Positions 9,634-19,443 of a stretch of 53,544 nt of DNA are shown piece by piece. The notes beneath the pieces were generated by a model that was not told the DNA's origin, made no database searches, and saw only the letters and a list, made by a program, of their open reading frames with translations. The first letter of the stretch is position 1, and every line of letters starts with the position of its first letter. The stretch comes from an uncultured Nitrososphaerota archaeon (GTDB taxonomy: Archaea; Thermoproteota; EX4484-205; JAAOZP01), in the NCBI GenBank assembly GCA_964416155.1, contig CAYQCW010000006.1:1-53544 (forward strand), written 5' to 3'. The translations under genes and the position numbers were made by a program.

Positions 9634-11805
9634 TTAGCTTCCCCTCACAAGATCCAGCACCCTTTTCCTGAAAGACAAATAGGCCCTCGTAAACTCTTCC
9701 AGAGTCTTTACACAAGGACCATAGCTAGGCCACTCTGATGTTTCCACTCCCCCATCACCATAGTTCTCAACTATCCCAACCTTTTTCAAAAGGCTGTTCA
9801 GCTCTGGAGAGGCTTCATATGCTTTCGCAAAGTCTTCAACACCCATGAGAACCTTAAGAATATTCTGGTCTATACTCCGAGTGATCGAATCCTCGTAGTC
9901 ACCCATATTAAAGTCCTCTCTAAGAGCCTCCTTAACCACGGCCAGCTGATGATTCGGAAACTCCGTGTTCGTCACGTTTCTCCTCGAAAGGGTTAGAAAA
10001 GTGTCTTCAGGCTTACGTTTAGAAGCAGGCAGCAGATCTATCCTGCTAATGATCAATTCCGCGTTCCCACGGGGAATTCTGTACTTCCCCACCAAGTAGT
10101 CCACCCATTTAAGCCTGTTCAACGGTGAGAACATTATCTCGTAGACTCTTCTAGCAACATAGGTTCCGGACATTCTCACCGCGTCCTCAAAGGTTTTCAA
10201 CATGTTGAGGACCTGCTCTCTCCCGCCGTAGGACCCGGTTGAAACCAGAGTCTCAATGAAAACCTCGTTAAGCAGACTCCCGCCGAGGAGCCTCCTACTT
10301 GTAAGAAGTTCCACCTTTCCCCTAATGTCTTTCGCTCCGAATATAGCTGCCTCCTCCCCCCTCATTCTAAGCCCATCAGCCATTTTCTCTAAAAGGAGCT
10401 CCCTATTGCTACTATCCAGCTTTTCAACAGCTTTCAGCAAGAGGCTTGCGGCGACGCTTTCCCTCAGATGATCCTCGAGCCTCCCGCCCATGTTAGTGAC
10501 ATATGTTTGCGTCGGGGTGATGCCTTTTCCCACGGCTACTGCCATCCCCTCCATGGCGGACACCCCTAGGATCACCTCCTGTGAAACTGTGAAGCTAAGC
10601 GTGATGTTCTGCCCTATTCCAGCCTCGTTGATTCTCCTAACTATTTCCGCTGAAGAAGGGTAGGCGGCTGCAACCTTTATAACAAGGTTTGGCCTGCCTT
10701 TTTCACGAGGCACCCTATAGCCCCAGAACAAATACTCATCATAAACCCTTAAATCATTCTTCAGATTCTCGGCGAAACTTCTCGCAGCCTCCACACTCTT
10801 ATTCACATCGTCTGCAATCAACGGGTTTAACTGATAGCTTACAAGACCATCTTGATATTTCGACAATGCGAAGGGGACTCTAAAGACGTAGAAATTGTCA
10901 AGCAGGGCGAACCTCGTCGCCTCCATTGCTATTTCGTCAGCATGCTTCTCGGGTTCTGAGAACCATTCCGGATACTGTTTCCTCAAGTTTTCTTCGACAT
11001 GCGTTTTAAAAGACTCCCAGAGATAATGGTCATCATCATACGCCAGTGCCGCAAGCACCGGGTTTGTTGAAACCTGAACATATCCCAAGTGCCTCAACCA
11101 TCTTAAGCCAAGCGCATAATCGTTTCCAAACTTGCACAAGCCCTTCCTATAAGCGGAGTAGTAAAAATTATGATTCAAGGTTTTTTCGACAGCTCGAACA
11201 TAGCTTTCAGCCAAGGATTTAGCTTCAAGATCATTCTCTATTTCTTTAGCCATCCATGCGACAAGACTGTTCCCCTTATTCACGAGCCTCATCCTCTCGA
11301 GCTGGCTGGCTATAGTGCATCTGAAGACAACGGGTTCGCCGAGCTCCTTTTTTTCCAGTTCCTCACAATTCTTCAAAAAACCCGTGATAAGTCCAATCGT
11401 CTTTGACGCTTCCTCTTCGGAAAAGCCGACCCACGTTTTTTCAACACCCCTAAGGCTCCAGATTGTTTCAAGCAGCATGTCATAAATCCTGTTTCCAGTA
11501 ACGATATTCGCCCCAAGTTTCTTCTCATCAGCCTGTTCTCCAGAGCACGCTCTAGCGAAGACTGTTTCAAGCCTCTCTATTAGAGAGCTCGCTGTGTCTA
11601 CAAGCATTCCCTTGAGCTCAGGGTGCAGCAAATGGTCTGACGCGAGTTTAGAATGCCCGTTTAAAGCAGTCTTAATCACATGATCCACATGGTCTACACG
11701 GAATGGGAGGGGCAGGTTTAACGGCGACGGGCACGACCTTAATATGACCTCCATCGCATAATCGCGAGAAATGCCGCCGTATGTTCCCATATCGCGTTCA
11801 TCCAA
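9634..11805 (-). CDS. Unusually long transaldolase-family protein
   Basis: GNDY, VSTNP, SYQLNP, NLVIKV (Schiff-base Lys), GIGQNITLSFTVSQ and GRL motifs, preceded by a ~225-aa N-terminal extension. Start may be ATG 11790. Confidence 0.8.
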   Translation of the reverse strand: MDERDMGTYGGISRDYAMEVILRSCPSPLNLPLPFRVDHVDHVIKTALNGHSKLASDHLLHPELKGMLVDTASSLIERLETVFARACSGEQADEKKLGANIVTGNRIYDMLLETIWSLRGVEKTWVGFSEEEASKTIGLITGFLKNCEELEKKELGEPVVFRCTIASQLERMRLVNKGNSLVAWMAKEIENDLEAKSLAESYVRAVEKTLNHNFYYSAYRKGLCKFGNDYALGLRWLRHLGYVQVSTNPVLAALAYDDDHYLWESFKTHVEENLRKQYPEWFSEPEKHADEIAMEATRFALLDNFYVFRVPFALSKYQDGLVSYQLNPLIADDVNKSVEAARSFAENLKNDLRVYDEYLFWGYRVPREKGRPNLVIKVAAAYPSSAEIVRRINEAGIGQNITLSFTVSQEVILGVSAMEGMAVAVGKGITPTQTYVTNMGGRLEDHLRESVAASLLLKAVEKLDSSNRELLLEKMADGLRMRGEEAAIFGAKDIRGKVELLTSRRLLGGSLLNEVFIETLVSTGSYGGREQVLNMLKTFEDAVRMSGTYVARRVYEIMFSPLNRLKWVDYLVGKYRIPRGNAELIISRIDLLPASKRKPEDTFLTLSRRNVTNTEFPNHQLAVVKEALREDFNMGDYEDSITRSIDQNILKVLMGVEDFAKAYEASPELNSLLKKVGIVENYGDGGVETSEWPSYGPCVKTLEEFTRAYLSFRKRVLDLVRGS

Positions 11806-11998
11806 ATCGGAGAGCTTATAAGTTTTTTCTAAAAATGCTGCCCATTGACAACGTGAAACTTAGAATTCTCAATATGAAACAACATTAGAATTTTCTATCC
11901 ATGACGTATCAGAGGAAGCGGAGCCAAGAATACTCTGCTCAGTCTTGAAACTGAATTGGAGACATGGCGAGCACCGGGGTTAGACAGGGGGGCTTAAT

Positions 11999-13216
11999 CT
12001 AGGCGACAGGAGGAATAATATTCATTCTCGTGGATAGGTTGAAAACATACTTATCGGAGTGGAGGAAGGATAATTCTCCGAAGAATGCAACATATTCTTT
12101 TTGTTTTTCAATGTAGTGAACATAATCACCGCCCTGCTTAAGCAGAGGTAGAGATGACCATGCTGAATCCCTAAAATCCATGCTTTTCGAAGAAGCAAGC
12201 CATCCGTCAACATACATAGGTTCTTCACTGGAGCTTAGGGTAAAAGTGATCCGCCTGTTTTCATCCTTTTTAACCCTTACTTTCGGCAAGCTCTTGTTTG
12301 AAACAATTGAGTGTGCGAACGCTGAAATCGAGTTGATAACCCTCCGCCTATCTTCTAAAGCGTGGCCGGAATTCGGCACGTATAAGAGATACTTTTCACC
12401 CAGTAAAGCGTCAAAGTAGAGGTTTGAAGAATCGACTGTCCAATACCTGTCGTTAGTCCCATTTATGATCAGCTTCGGAGCCTTCAAATACTCCAAGTAA
12501 TTAAACGGATCTATTATTTGCACCAGTCTTTGACCGATTTCAGAGTGCATGCGCTCCTGAAGCCCCAATCTAGTGTAATCCTGAATAAGCTCACTATAGC
12601 CCCTGTAGCATTCCAGCTGATGCTTCATCTGCTCGTTAAGGTTGAGATTATCGAAGACCAGTGGGATTATTCCAGAAACCCTTTTGTCTACAGCAGCTAA
12701 GAGCCATGTGGTCCATCCTCTTTTCGAGGCCCCCGTGACTATGAATCCTTTTAACTTCCCCAGCTTCGCCTCAATAAAGGCCTCCGTCATATCCATCGCC
12801 TTCCTAGTAGATTTCACCATCGGAAGGAGCAGGGGCCATTCCTCATCTTGGGTTTCCAAAAATTTAAGAAAAGTGTATGAAACCAATCCATCCTCGTATA
12901 GCCCGTTGAACAGAGGCTGGTTTGGAACATCGTGAAGAATTACACAAGGCAGAGGCAGCGTGTGGGAAAAAGTCTTGCATAAGACTAGCTCCTCTAAACC
13001 GGAGCCGCTTCCAGTTATCAGCAGGAGAATGTGATTATGCTCCACAAATTTAGGAATCACTATGCTCACTCTATGTGACCACAAGTAGTCTTTCCATTTT
13101 TGAGAACGTAGATCAAAAGTATATATGTCGAAGCCTCCTTCCTCACGGAAACTTTTAATCTCCCATGAGTAAAACCCATCTTCTCTCCAAACATACTCGC
13201 TTAATACATTGGACAT
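11999..13216 (-). CDS. PqaA (PhoPQ-activated pathogenicity-related)-type alpha/beta hydrolase
   Basis: LRSQKW, VPNQPL, EDGLVSYTF, LPMVKS, GASKRGWTTW (nucleophile elbow), IDPF.Y, GTNDRYW and VPNSGH motifs. Confidence 0.88.
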   Translation of the reverse strand: MSNVLSEYVWREDGFYSWEIKSFREEGGFDIYTFDLRSQKWKDYLWSHRVSIVIPKFVEHNHILLLITGSGSGLEELVLCKTFSHTLPLPCVILHDVPNQPLFNGLYEDGLVSYTFLKFLETQDEEWPLLLPMVKSTRKAMDMTEAFIEAKLGKLKGFIVTGASKRGWTTWLLAAVDKRVSGIIPLVFDNLNLNEQMKHQLECYRGYSELIQDYTRLGLQERMHSEIGQRLVQIIDPFNYLEYLKAPKLIINGTNDRYWTVDSSNLYFDALLGEKYLLYVPNSGHALEDRRRVINSISAFAHSIVSNKSLPKVRVKKDENRRITFTLSSSEEPMYVDGWLASSKSMDFRDSAWSSLPLLKQGGDYVHYIEKQKEYVAFFGELSFLHSDKYVFNLSTRMNIIPPVA

Positions 13217-14325
13217 TAGAATACGTTGAGAATGCTCAAACTATTAAATTTTATTTTTTGAACAACCCTGTACTTGTTTGCCGACTCGTATAGGGTTAGA
13301 ATGTTTTCAATCGGCGTGTTTCTGAGAATCGTGTGGCTCGGTCTCAACGTGTACCCGGTTGGCCCTAGAATCCTTATGGCTTCCTTCACTTCCTGCTCTA
13401 TCTCAGCCCTGTTTTTAAACGGGAGCGTTTGAACACCTATTCCACCTTCGAAACTCAGTTTTCCACCATGCTTCTCCTTTATTTTCGCAATATTCATGCT
13501 CTCAGGCTGTAGGGGTTCTAAAACGTCTACGCCTATTTCAACAAGGTCCTGGACAATCGGCTCAATCCAGCCGTCGCTGTGAAAATGAAAGAAAGCCCCG
13601 CCTTTACGTATTACGTCGGCAAGCCTCTCATACCTTGGTTTCAAGAATTTTCTCCACTGGGTGGGGGAAACCAGCATGGTTGTTTGCGCGCCAACATCAT
13701 CACCGTTGTAAACTTGGTCTACACCTGCTTCAATCAGAAGCTTAGCCTGCTTACAAGATATTTCGAAAAGCTTGTCTAGGACAAACTCTACTTTTCCAGG
13801 CTCACTGACCATCAGTTTAAAAATCTCGTTATATCCGAATAGTGCGCAAGCCGTTTCAAAAGCTTGCAGAGTAAACCCTACGACACAGTAATCCTCATAT
13901 CTTCTTCTAAACTTTTCAACCTTTTTAAAATCCTCTTCTATTATTTCGGGAAAAGGATAATCCTCCACCTCCATATGTTTTAAAGGATAGTCAACATAAA
14001 AACTGGTCAACCCGTTTCCAGAGACCATTGAAACAACACCCCAGTGGTTTCTGCGAAGAGACCTGCCTCGAGAGTCTTTAAAACTATCCTCCTTAAAGCC
14101 GCCTTTCAAGCCAACCCCTATCGCATCGATTCCAACATTGCCACGGTAATCTATTTTGAGAAACTCGTAAAGCTTCTCCGCATCCTCCAAGCCAAGACGA
14201 TTCATCAGGCTTCTTAAAGGTTCTGGAGAGTCTATCCAAATATTGATAGGAATGCAATCTACCTCCTCTCTTTTCACCGCCCTATAGCACCTTTCCCTTG
14301 GACTGTACCTAGTCTGCATCCCCAC
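13216..14325 (-). CDS. URO-D/MtaA-fold protein of unknown function (second paralogue)
   Basis: SPRER start, HWG, GDDVGAQ, HSDG, PLQPESMN, GGIGVQ and PSHTI motifs. Its stop overlaps the PqaA-like start (TAATG). Confidence 0.85.
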   Translation of the reverse strand: MGMQTRYSPRERCYRAVKREEVDCIPINIWIDSPEPLRSLMNRLGLEDAEKLYEFLKIDYRGNVGIDAIGVGLKGGFKEDSFKDSRGRSLRRNHWGVVSMVSGNGLTSFYVDYPLKHMEVEDYPFPEIIEEDFKKVEKFRRRYEDYCVVGFTLQAFETACALFGYNEIFKLMVSEPGKVEFVLDKLFEISCKQAKLLIEAGVDQVYNGDDVGAQTTMLVSPTQWRKFLKPRYERLADVIRKGGAFFHFHSDGWIEPIVQDLVEIGVDVLEPLQPESMNIAKIKEKHGGKLSFEGGIGVQTLPFKNRAEIEQEVKEAIRILGPTGYTLRPSHTILRNTPIENILTLYESANKYRVVQKIKFNSLSILNVF

Positions 14326-14421
14326 TTGGGGAGAAGCGCTTCATATTAAATTTTTACCACATCGGCTTGAACAAAACGGTCAAACGTTCGTTCTTAAAAA
14401 TCACGCTGGCCTCTGACAGCC

Positions 14422-16998
14422 CTACTGGATTAGTGGAACCTGAAACCCACATTTAGGACACCTCCCTTCAGAAGACACCTTAATGCTTAAAATGGTGAAG
14501 CCCAAGCGTCGAACCAGCAGTTCGCCACACACGGGGCACCAAGTGTTCTCAAATCTATGGCCCGGAACGTTTCCAACGTACGGGAATAATACGCCCAGGG
14601 ATCGAGCCAGCTCCCAAGCTTTCTCCAGGGTTTTAACCGGGGTTGGCGGAGCCTTAAACACGTACTCCGGATGGTAACGGGTGAAGTGGAGCGGCGTATC
14701 GGGCCCAAGCATCTTAAGATGAGCCTCAACCAATTGTCTGAAGCAGCCCTCGTCGTCATTAACCCCAGGGATCACTAGGTTAACTATCTCCACGTGGAGG
14801 CCGAGCTCCTTGGCTCTCCGCGCATTCCTCCATACAACGCGCGCTTTAACCCCGCCGCAATACTGCTCGTAAGCCTCCTCACCACCCTTCACGTCGAACT
14901 TTACCGCGTCCAACCCTGATTCAGCCAGTGCCTCCAGCGCTTTAAGAGTCATGTACCCGTTTGAAACAAAAGTATTGTATAGGCCCTTCTCCTTGGCTAA
15001 CGGGAACAGATCCAGACTATATTCTAGCAGAAGAGTGGGTTCGTTGAAAGATATCGATGTTCCTTCGCAACCGCTTCTCAAAGCGATTTCTAAAAGCTGT
15101 TCGGGACCGATATAATGGGCTTTTCGAGGGTCAGGCTTGTTCTTAGATATGTCGCTGTTCTGGCAATTGGACACAAGAAAACCATTGGCAAAGAAATTGT
15201 GCGTCAGCTCGGTCGTTGTTAAATCTCTTACGTCTGAAATCTCTACCGGTTCTATAGTCTCAATCGTTTCCCAGACTAAACCTTCATCTCCAAGTTTAGA
15301 CTCCTTAAACCATTCTTGAAATGTTGGAATGTCGTAGCCGCATACTGCTACACTAGTCCTAGTAGGATATCTAATCCATCTCCGAATGGCTTTCCTGTGG
15401 TTATATTCACTGAGTTCACGGATTATTTTCACAGCCGAAAGACCAGCTCTTTTAAGTTCTATAGTCTTCTTCCAAAGAGCTCGCCATCTTAATACACTCT
15501 TTTTCTTCATCAATAAATATTCAAACACGTATCCTGCAAGAATCTCCCGTTTCTTGTTATACCTATAACCCACCTTTCCATAGAGATTCAGCAGATTTTC
15601 TAAGTTACTAGAAAACAATACGTATATGCATAAAGTTTTTTGACCGTCTTTCCTAACGGAGCCGCGATGAGTGTTTATACTGGTAATTTTTATTCCAAAC
15701 TCACTTGCTAACTGCCCTAGTTCACGCACAAATTCTATTCCATTCTTGCGTAATTTCTCCAGTTTGTTCATGGAGAACCTTGGCTGGAAAAAGTTTTTAC
15801 CAGATGGACTAACTCTCGGTTTCGTTAATTCGCAACCAAAGAAAGCTGCCAAGAATTCACGTTTTATCAACCTTGGGGCCTTTAAGAGCCAACTCGGAAC
15901 ATGGTAAGCCGAGGCCGCCTTGTCACCTATGGGTGCACCGAGAGCAACCATGAGAATCCATAGGGGCTTAGAACTGCATTGCATCCACACACTTCTCCCT
16001 GAAATGACGCGTGTTTCGCTATGGCGAATGATTTTAGAAACTTTAAGTTTTTCAATAACCTTATTTGGATGAAAACCGAGTTTTTCCAAGTCTTTCCTTA
16101 TAGTTTGAAGATCCTCGTATGTGCCGGTGAAGACTGTAGAGACGCTATCCCTCATCCTTCGATGGCTCAACGTCAAATAGCCATCACCAAATAAATGCCC
16201 CATAAGTCTAGATATTATCGGGAGCTTTTTATTGTCTAATCTGAGAGGTAAAAGGGATCTCTCCATTAACGCGTTGATAATCTTGGCTTCATCCGACCGC
16301 GGAATATATCTTTTGATAAAGTTTTTTATCTCGCCCACAGTCATAATTGCCTCGGATGGAGGCGGGTCTTCCTCTTGTCTAAACTGTGGCATTGGGTAAA
16401 CGGCGACCCTATTCCCTATCTTCAAATCCCTTAATGGCAAGTAGCCGTTTGCAGTGTAGAATGGATGTTCTTCGGTAGCGATGACTTCTCGCCCAGTTTC
16501 TTTTGTCACAATCTTGAAAGCTCTAAGTCCTTTCGGGCGAGGGTTTATCTTGAAATACCCTGCTATTTTTGATGCGGCCAAGGTTTTACTCTCAATATTG
16601 CAGGTGACGATTTCGTGATGTTTCCAACATTTTTCAAGCTTGCCTATTGGAATAGTGTAACCATTGCTCAAGAGCACCTCCGTACTAGGGTCTAGACACC
16701 AAGGGCAGGAAAAGTTGCAGCTCCACGTTCCCACGGTAAGCGCGTAGCTACCCGGGTGAAAGTGGAAAAAGGGCTTTTTCTCAATAGGGTTTGCCGAAAT
16801 GGAGGATATGTCTCCGTAAACAATCGTGTACAGTTTTCCCTCAACGTTCACCTTGGTGCCGCAGAATCCTTGAGCACCTTCTTTAATCCTGCACTGACGC
16901 TCGCAGGCTAGGCATATTGTCTCGTCAACCCCTGTCTTCTCGTAGAACCTTGCTTCTCTAACCGTTTGGAACCGTGTAAGCTCAACCCCATGCTTCAA
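14422..16998 (-). CDS. amrS: AmmeMemoRadiSam system radical SAM enzyme (PFL-activase-like), intein-containing
   Basis: Extein of 347 aa: C..CER.C..GFCG, PIEKKPFFHFHPGS, CNFSCPW|CQN, SISFNEPT, VSNGY, DVKG, PLHFTRYHP, YVGNVPG and C-terminal CPVCG/CPKCG. Confidence 0.93.
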   Translation of the reverse strand: MKHGVELTRFQTVREARFYEKTGVDETICLACERQCRIKEGAQGFCGTKVNVEGKLYTIVYGDISSISANPIEKKPFFHFHPGSYALTVGTWSCNFSCPWCLDPSTEVLLSNGYTIPIGKLEKCWKHHEIVTCNIESKTLAASKIAGYFKINPRPKGLRAFKIVTKETGREVIATEEHPFYTANGYLPLRDLKIGNRVAVYPMPQFRQEEDPPPSEAIMTVGEIKNFIKRYIPRSDEAKIINALMERSLLPLRLDNKKLPIISRLMGHLFGDGYLTLSHRRMRDSVSTVFTGTYEDLQTIRKDLEKLGFHPNKVIEKLKVSKIIRHSETRVISGRSVWMQCSSKPLWILMVALGAPIGDKAASAYHVPSWLLKAPRLIKREFLAAFFGCELTKPRVSPSGKNFFQPRFSMNKLEKLRKNGIEFVRELGQLASEFGIKITSINTHRGSVRKDGQKTLCIYVLFSSNLENLLNLYGKVGYRYNKKREILAGYVFEYLLMKKKSVLRWRALWKKTIELKRAGLSAVKIIRELSEYNHRKAIRRWIRYPTRTSVAVCGYDIPTFQEWFKESKLGDEGLVWETIETIEPVEISDVRDLTTTELTHNFFANGFLVSNCQNSDISKNKPDPRKAHYIGPEQLLEIALRSGCEGTSISFNEPTLLLEYSLDLFPLAKEKGLYNTFVSNGYMTLKALEALAESGLDAVKFDVKGGEEAYEQYCGGVKARVVWRNARRAKELGLHVEIVNLVIPGVNDDEGCFRQLVEAHLKMLGPDTPLHFTRYHPEYVFKAPPTPVKTLEKAWELARSLGVLFPYVGNVPGHRFENTWCPVCGELLVRRLGFTILSIKVSSEGRCPKCGFQVPLIQ
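15166..16698 (-). mobile_element. Intein (511 aa) with LAGLIDADG homing endonuclease domain
   Basis: Starts CLDPSTEVLL (block A), with ATEEHPFYT (block B), RLMGHLFGDG and FLAAFFGCE (LAGLIDADG-like). Ends VRDLTT..HNFFANGFLVSN, followed by a +1 Cys. Visibly more AT-rich than the flanking extein. Confidence 0.95.
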
Positions 16999-17318
16999 CA
17001 GTTTTAAAAATGCTTTCGAGCGTAAAAAGTCTTTCCGTAGTAAGAGGGTTAGGAGAATACGGGAATCAGAGGCTGCAAACTTTTATCTCGGAATTGCGGT
17101 GAAAAAGTGTGGAAAGGGACGGCTGAGGCTTATCTCGGGGAAACCGGGATTTGGATGAGTTCTTCAGGATGTTGTAAAGGCGATGAGGAAAACGCGTCGA
17201 AAACATTATCGCCATATGGAAAGACGTGCGCTAGGCCTTATGAAGCTGGTTGTAAGGAAAATATGGGGGGAGGATTAGGCCGTACCAGCTTTAGCACCGG
17301 TTTTCTGAAGGTGATGAA

Positions 17319-18968
17319 CTACCTTAGCTTGGAGTCTACTCTTCCCGCAGCTCCCCAGAATCTTTCAATAATCCTCTCTAGGCCGTGAGGCTTCCGCTCT
17401 GAGAGCCAGAGCTTGCAATACTTGTTCGCAAGATAGATGAAGTCTGACGGTTTAACCTCGTTCTTAAGCCTTCTCAAACATACTTCGATGCAGCTCCTTA
17501 TGAAGCCAAGGTCCTCTGGAAGGTTCGACATACGTTTCTCTTCCAAAAGCTTTTCCCAAGACGTTTTCAACGACTCCACATCCGCTTCAGACATTCTGTA
17601 GTACCAGAAGTCTGCGGTCAACACGTGTTTCAAAGTGTCTGAAACATCAGGCTGCCCAAAGGCTTTCCTAGTCTCAACAAGCTCCATGGATTCTCCTGTT
17701 AAAGCACTCCACTTCTCCTCCCACCTGCCATCTCCCTCAGCGTACTCCATGCATGCGAGGATAAGCGGCTCCAAAAATGAGAAGAGGCATTCCTCACCAT
17801 CGTCACCCCAAGCTGTTAAGAGGAATCCTGAAAGGCCCTCCGCCCTAGCCGCCAGCAGGAAGCCCTTCATGTTTTCCAAGGCTGTTTTAAAGTTTGGATA
17901 ATACCTGTTCCAATTGGAGAGTCCTGGGCACACGATCTGCTGCATCTTCTTTTCACCAAACATGTTTATCTTATTCGTGAAATACTTCTCATCGCTAGGG
18001 CTGTAATCCCAGTTTGCAATCACAACACCCTGCCAAATAGGGCTCTTTACAACCCCTGACCATTTAGCCTTCTCCTCCTCTCTCAAATACATTCCAGTAA
18101 GCATGTCCCCCCATAGGATCGGGATCTTGCCTTTCTCTTTAACGATGCTAACCATGTTTCTATGATGAGTCTCGTAGAGCATAGGTCCTTCGAAAGTCCC
18201 GGTTTTATCAAGGCTTCTTCCTCTCCCCATCGCCCAAGTCTCGTCCCCACCTATGTGAATGTGTTTAGAAGGCGAGGCTTCAACCGCTTCCCTTAGAAGA
18301 TCATATGCGAACTCTCTGGCCTTCTCATCGCTAACGTCTAAGCATCCTTCTGCCGGCCTATGCCACTCGCTGAAACCCCAGTACTCCGGTAATGAGAGTA
18401 TGTGCTCCATGTGGCCAGCTAGCTCTAGCGACGGGAAAACCTCTATTCCAAGCTCACTCCCATAGTTCACCGCCTCTAAATATTCTTCTTTAGAAAGCCT
18501 ACCCCTGTGTACTCCTATGCTTGGATACTTCTGCCAGGGGAACAGGTCTTCGAAGTAAATGGCGAAATGGTTGTACTTCAGGAGAAATAGCCATCTCAGA
18601 ATCTTTTTAAAAGTCTCCACAGTAGGGACTCCTCCGCGCGCAATATCCAGATGGTATCCTCGGAAAGAGAATTTCAGTTCCTCCTCAACACTCACCTCAG
18701 GGATATAACCCGGCTTCTGCCTCAGAAGCTGGATTATCGTCGCATAACAGGTTTTTTCATCCCCCCAGATGATGATTTCCCTGGTTTCCCCCTTCACCTC
18801 CAGACCGTTCCCGCTTCTATCAGTCTTAACAATCCTCCAGGAGCCTCGAGGAATGTTGAACTCCCTGCCTAAGAACTCTGGAAGGTTTAAACCGTCGATC
18901 TCAAACCATTTTCCGGAGAATACCAGTTTCTTCGGCTCGGGAACTATTTCAACATCTTTCTTAACCAT
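17319..18968 (-). CDS. Beta-N-acetylhexosaminidase, glycoside hydrolase family 20
   Basis: IVPEPK, FRGYHLDIARG, PSLELAGHME, HIGGDE (catalytic DE), LWGDM, WDY and TAWGDDG motifs. Confidence 0.88.
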   Translation of the reverse strand: MVKKDVEIVPEPKKLVFSGKWFEIDGLNLPEFLGREFNIPRGSWRIVKTDRSGNGLEVKGETREIIIWGDEKTCYATIIQLLRQKPGYIPEVSVEEELKFSFRGYHLDIARGGVPTVETFKKILRWLFLLKYNHFAIYFEDLFPWQKYPSIGVHRGRLSKEEYLEAVNYGSELGIEVFPSLELAGHMEHILSLPEYWGFSEWHRPAEGCLDVSDEKAREFAYDLLREAVEASPSKHIHIGGDETWAMGRGRSLDKTGTFEGPMLYETHHRNMVSIVKEKGKIPILWGDMLTGMYLREEEKAKWSGVVKSPIWQGVVIANWDYSPSDEKYFTNKINMFGEKKMQQIVCPGLSNWNRYYPNFKTALENMKGFLLAARAEGLSGFLLTAWGDDGEECLFSFLEPLILACMEYAEGDGRWEEKWSALTGESMELVETRKAFGQPDVSDTLKHVLTADFWYYRMSEADVESLKTSWEKLLEEKRMSNLPEDLGFIRSCIEVCLRRLKNEVKPSDFIYLANKYCKLWLSERKPHGLERIIERFWGAAGRVDSKLR

Positions 18969-19055
18969 TTTTCCCCGCTTTTTCCACGGGTGGAGACATA
19001 TAAAGTTTAATATTTTACGAAAAATTTAATTTCCCTTCCCCGCCTATGGTTGCCG

Positions 19056-19436
19056 ATGAAGCAGGAAGTATTAGCAGAAGACTCTCCAAAGCCGATGGGC
19101 CCGTATTCTCAAGCAATACGTTCCGGAAGTCTTGTATTCGTTTCAGGAATAATACCTGTAGAGCCTGCTACTGGAGAAATAATAAGAGGCGACATAAGAA
19201 GAGCCGCAGAGCAAGTGTTTAGAAACGCTTCTTCAATACTTAAGGCAGCAGGCGTTTCCCTAGAGGACGTTGTGAAGGTTACAGTATTTATGAAAGATTT
19301 AACGTTTTTCAACGAGATGAACGACGTATACTCTAAATGGTTTAAAAAACCATATCCCGCGAGGACAACTGTTCAGGTAGCAGCATTGCCTAGGGACGCC
19401 GACTTGGAAATGGATTTTATCGCGGAAATCGGTTGA
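19056..19436 (+). CDS. ridA: RidA/YjgF/UK114 enamine/imine deaminase
   Basis: P.PMGPYSQA, FVSG, VVKVTVF, F.EMN.VY, PARTTVQV..LP and LEMDFIA motifs. Confidence 0.92.
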   Translation: MKQEVLAEDSPKPMGPYSQAIRSGSLVFVSGIIPVEPATGEIIRGDIRRAAEQVFRNASSILKAAGVSLEDVVKVTVFMKDLTFFNEMNDVYSKWFKKPYPARTTVQVAALPRDADLEMDFIAEIG

Positions 19437-19443
19437 CTCGAGG

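Noticed and set aside
11860-11900. Two copies of TTAGAATT(C/T)TC upstream of the transaldolase-like gene
   Set aside because: Short and AT-rich with only two copies. It could be an operator but cannot be told from chance.
7639-14325. Calling the two URO-D-fold genes hemE or mtaA (heme synthesis or methylotrophy)
   Set aside because: They lack the HemE RQAGR motif and the MtaA H-x-C/C zinc ligands, and no corrinoid partner is nearby.
17040-17318. Purine-rich spacer and 93-aa ORF between amrS and GH20, possibly a gene remnant
   Set aside because: It looks like eroded coding sequence, but I could not reconstruct a convincing family motif.
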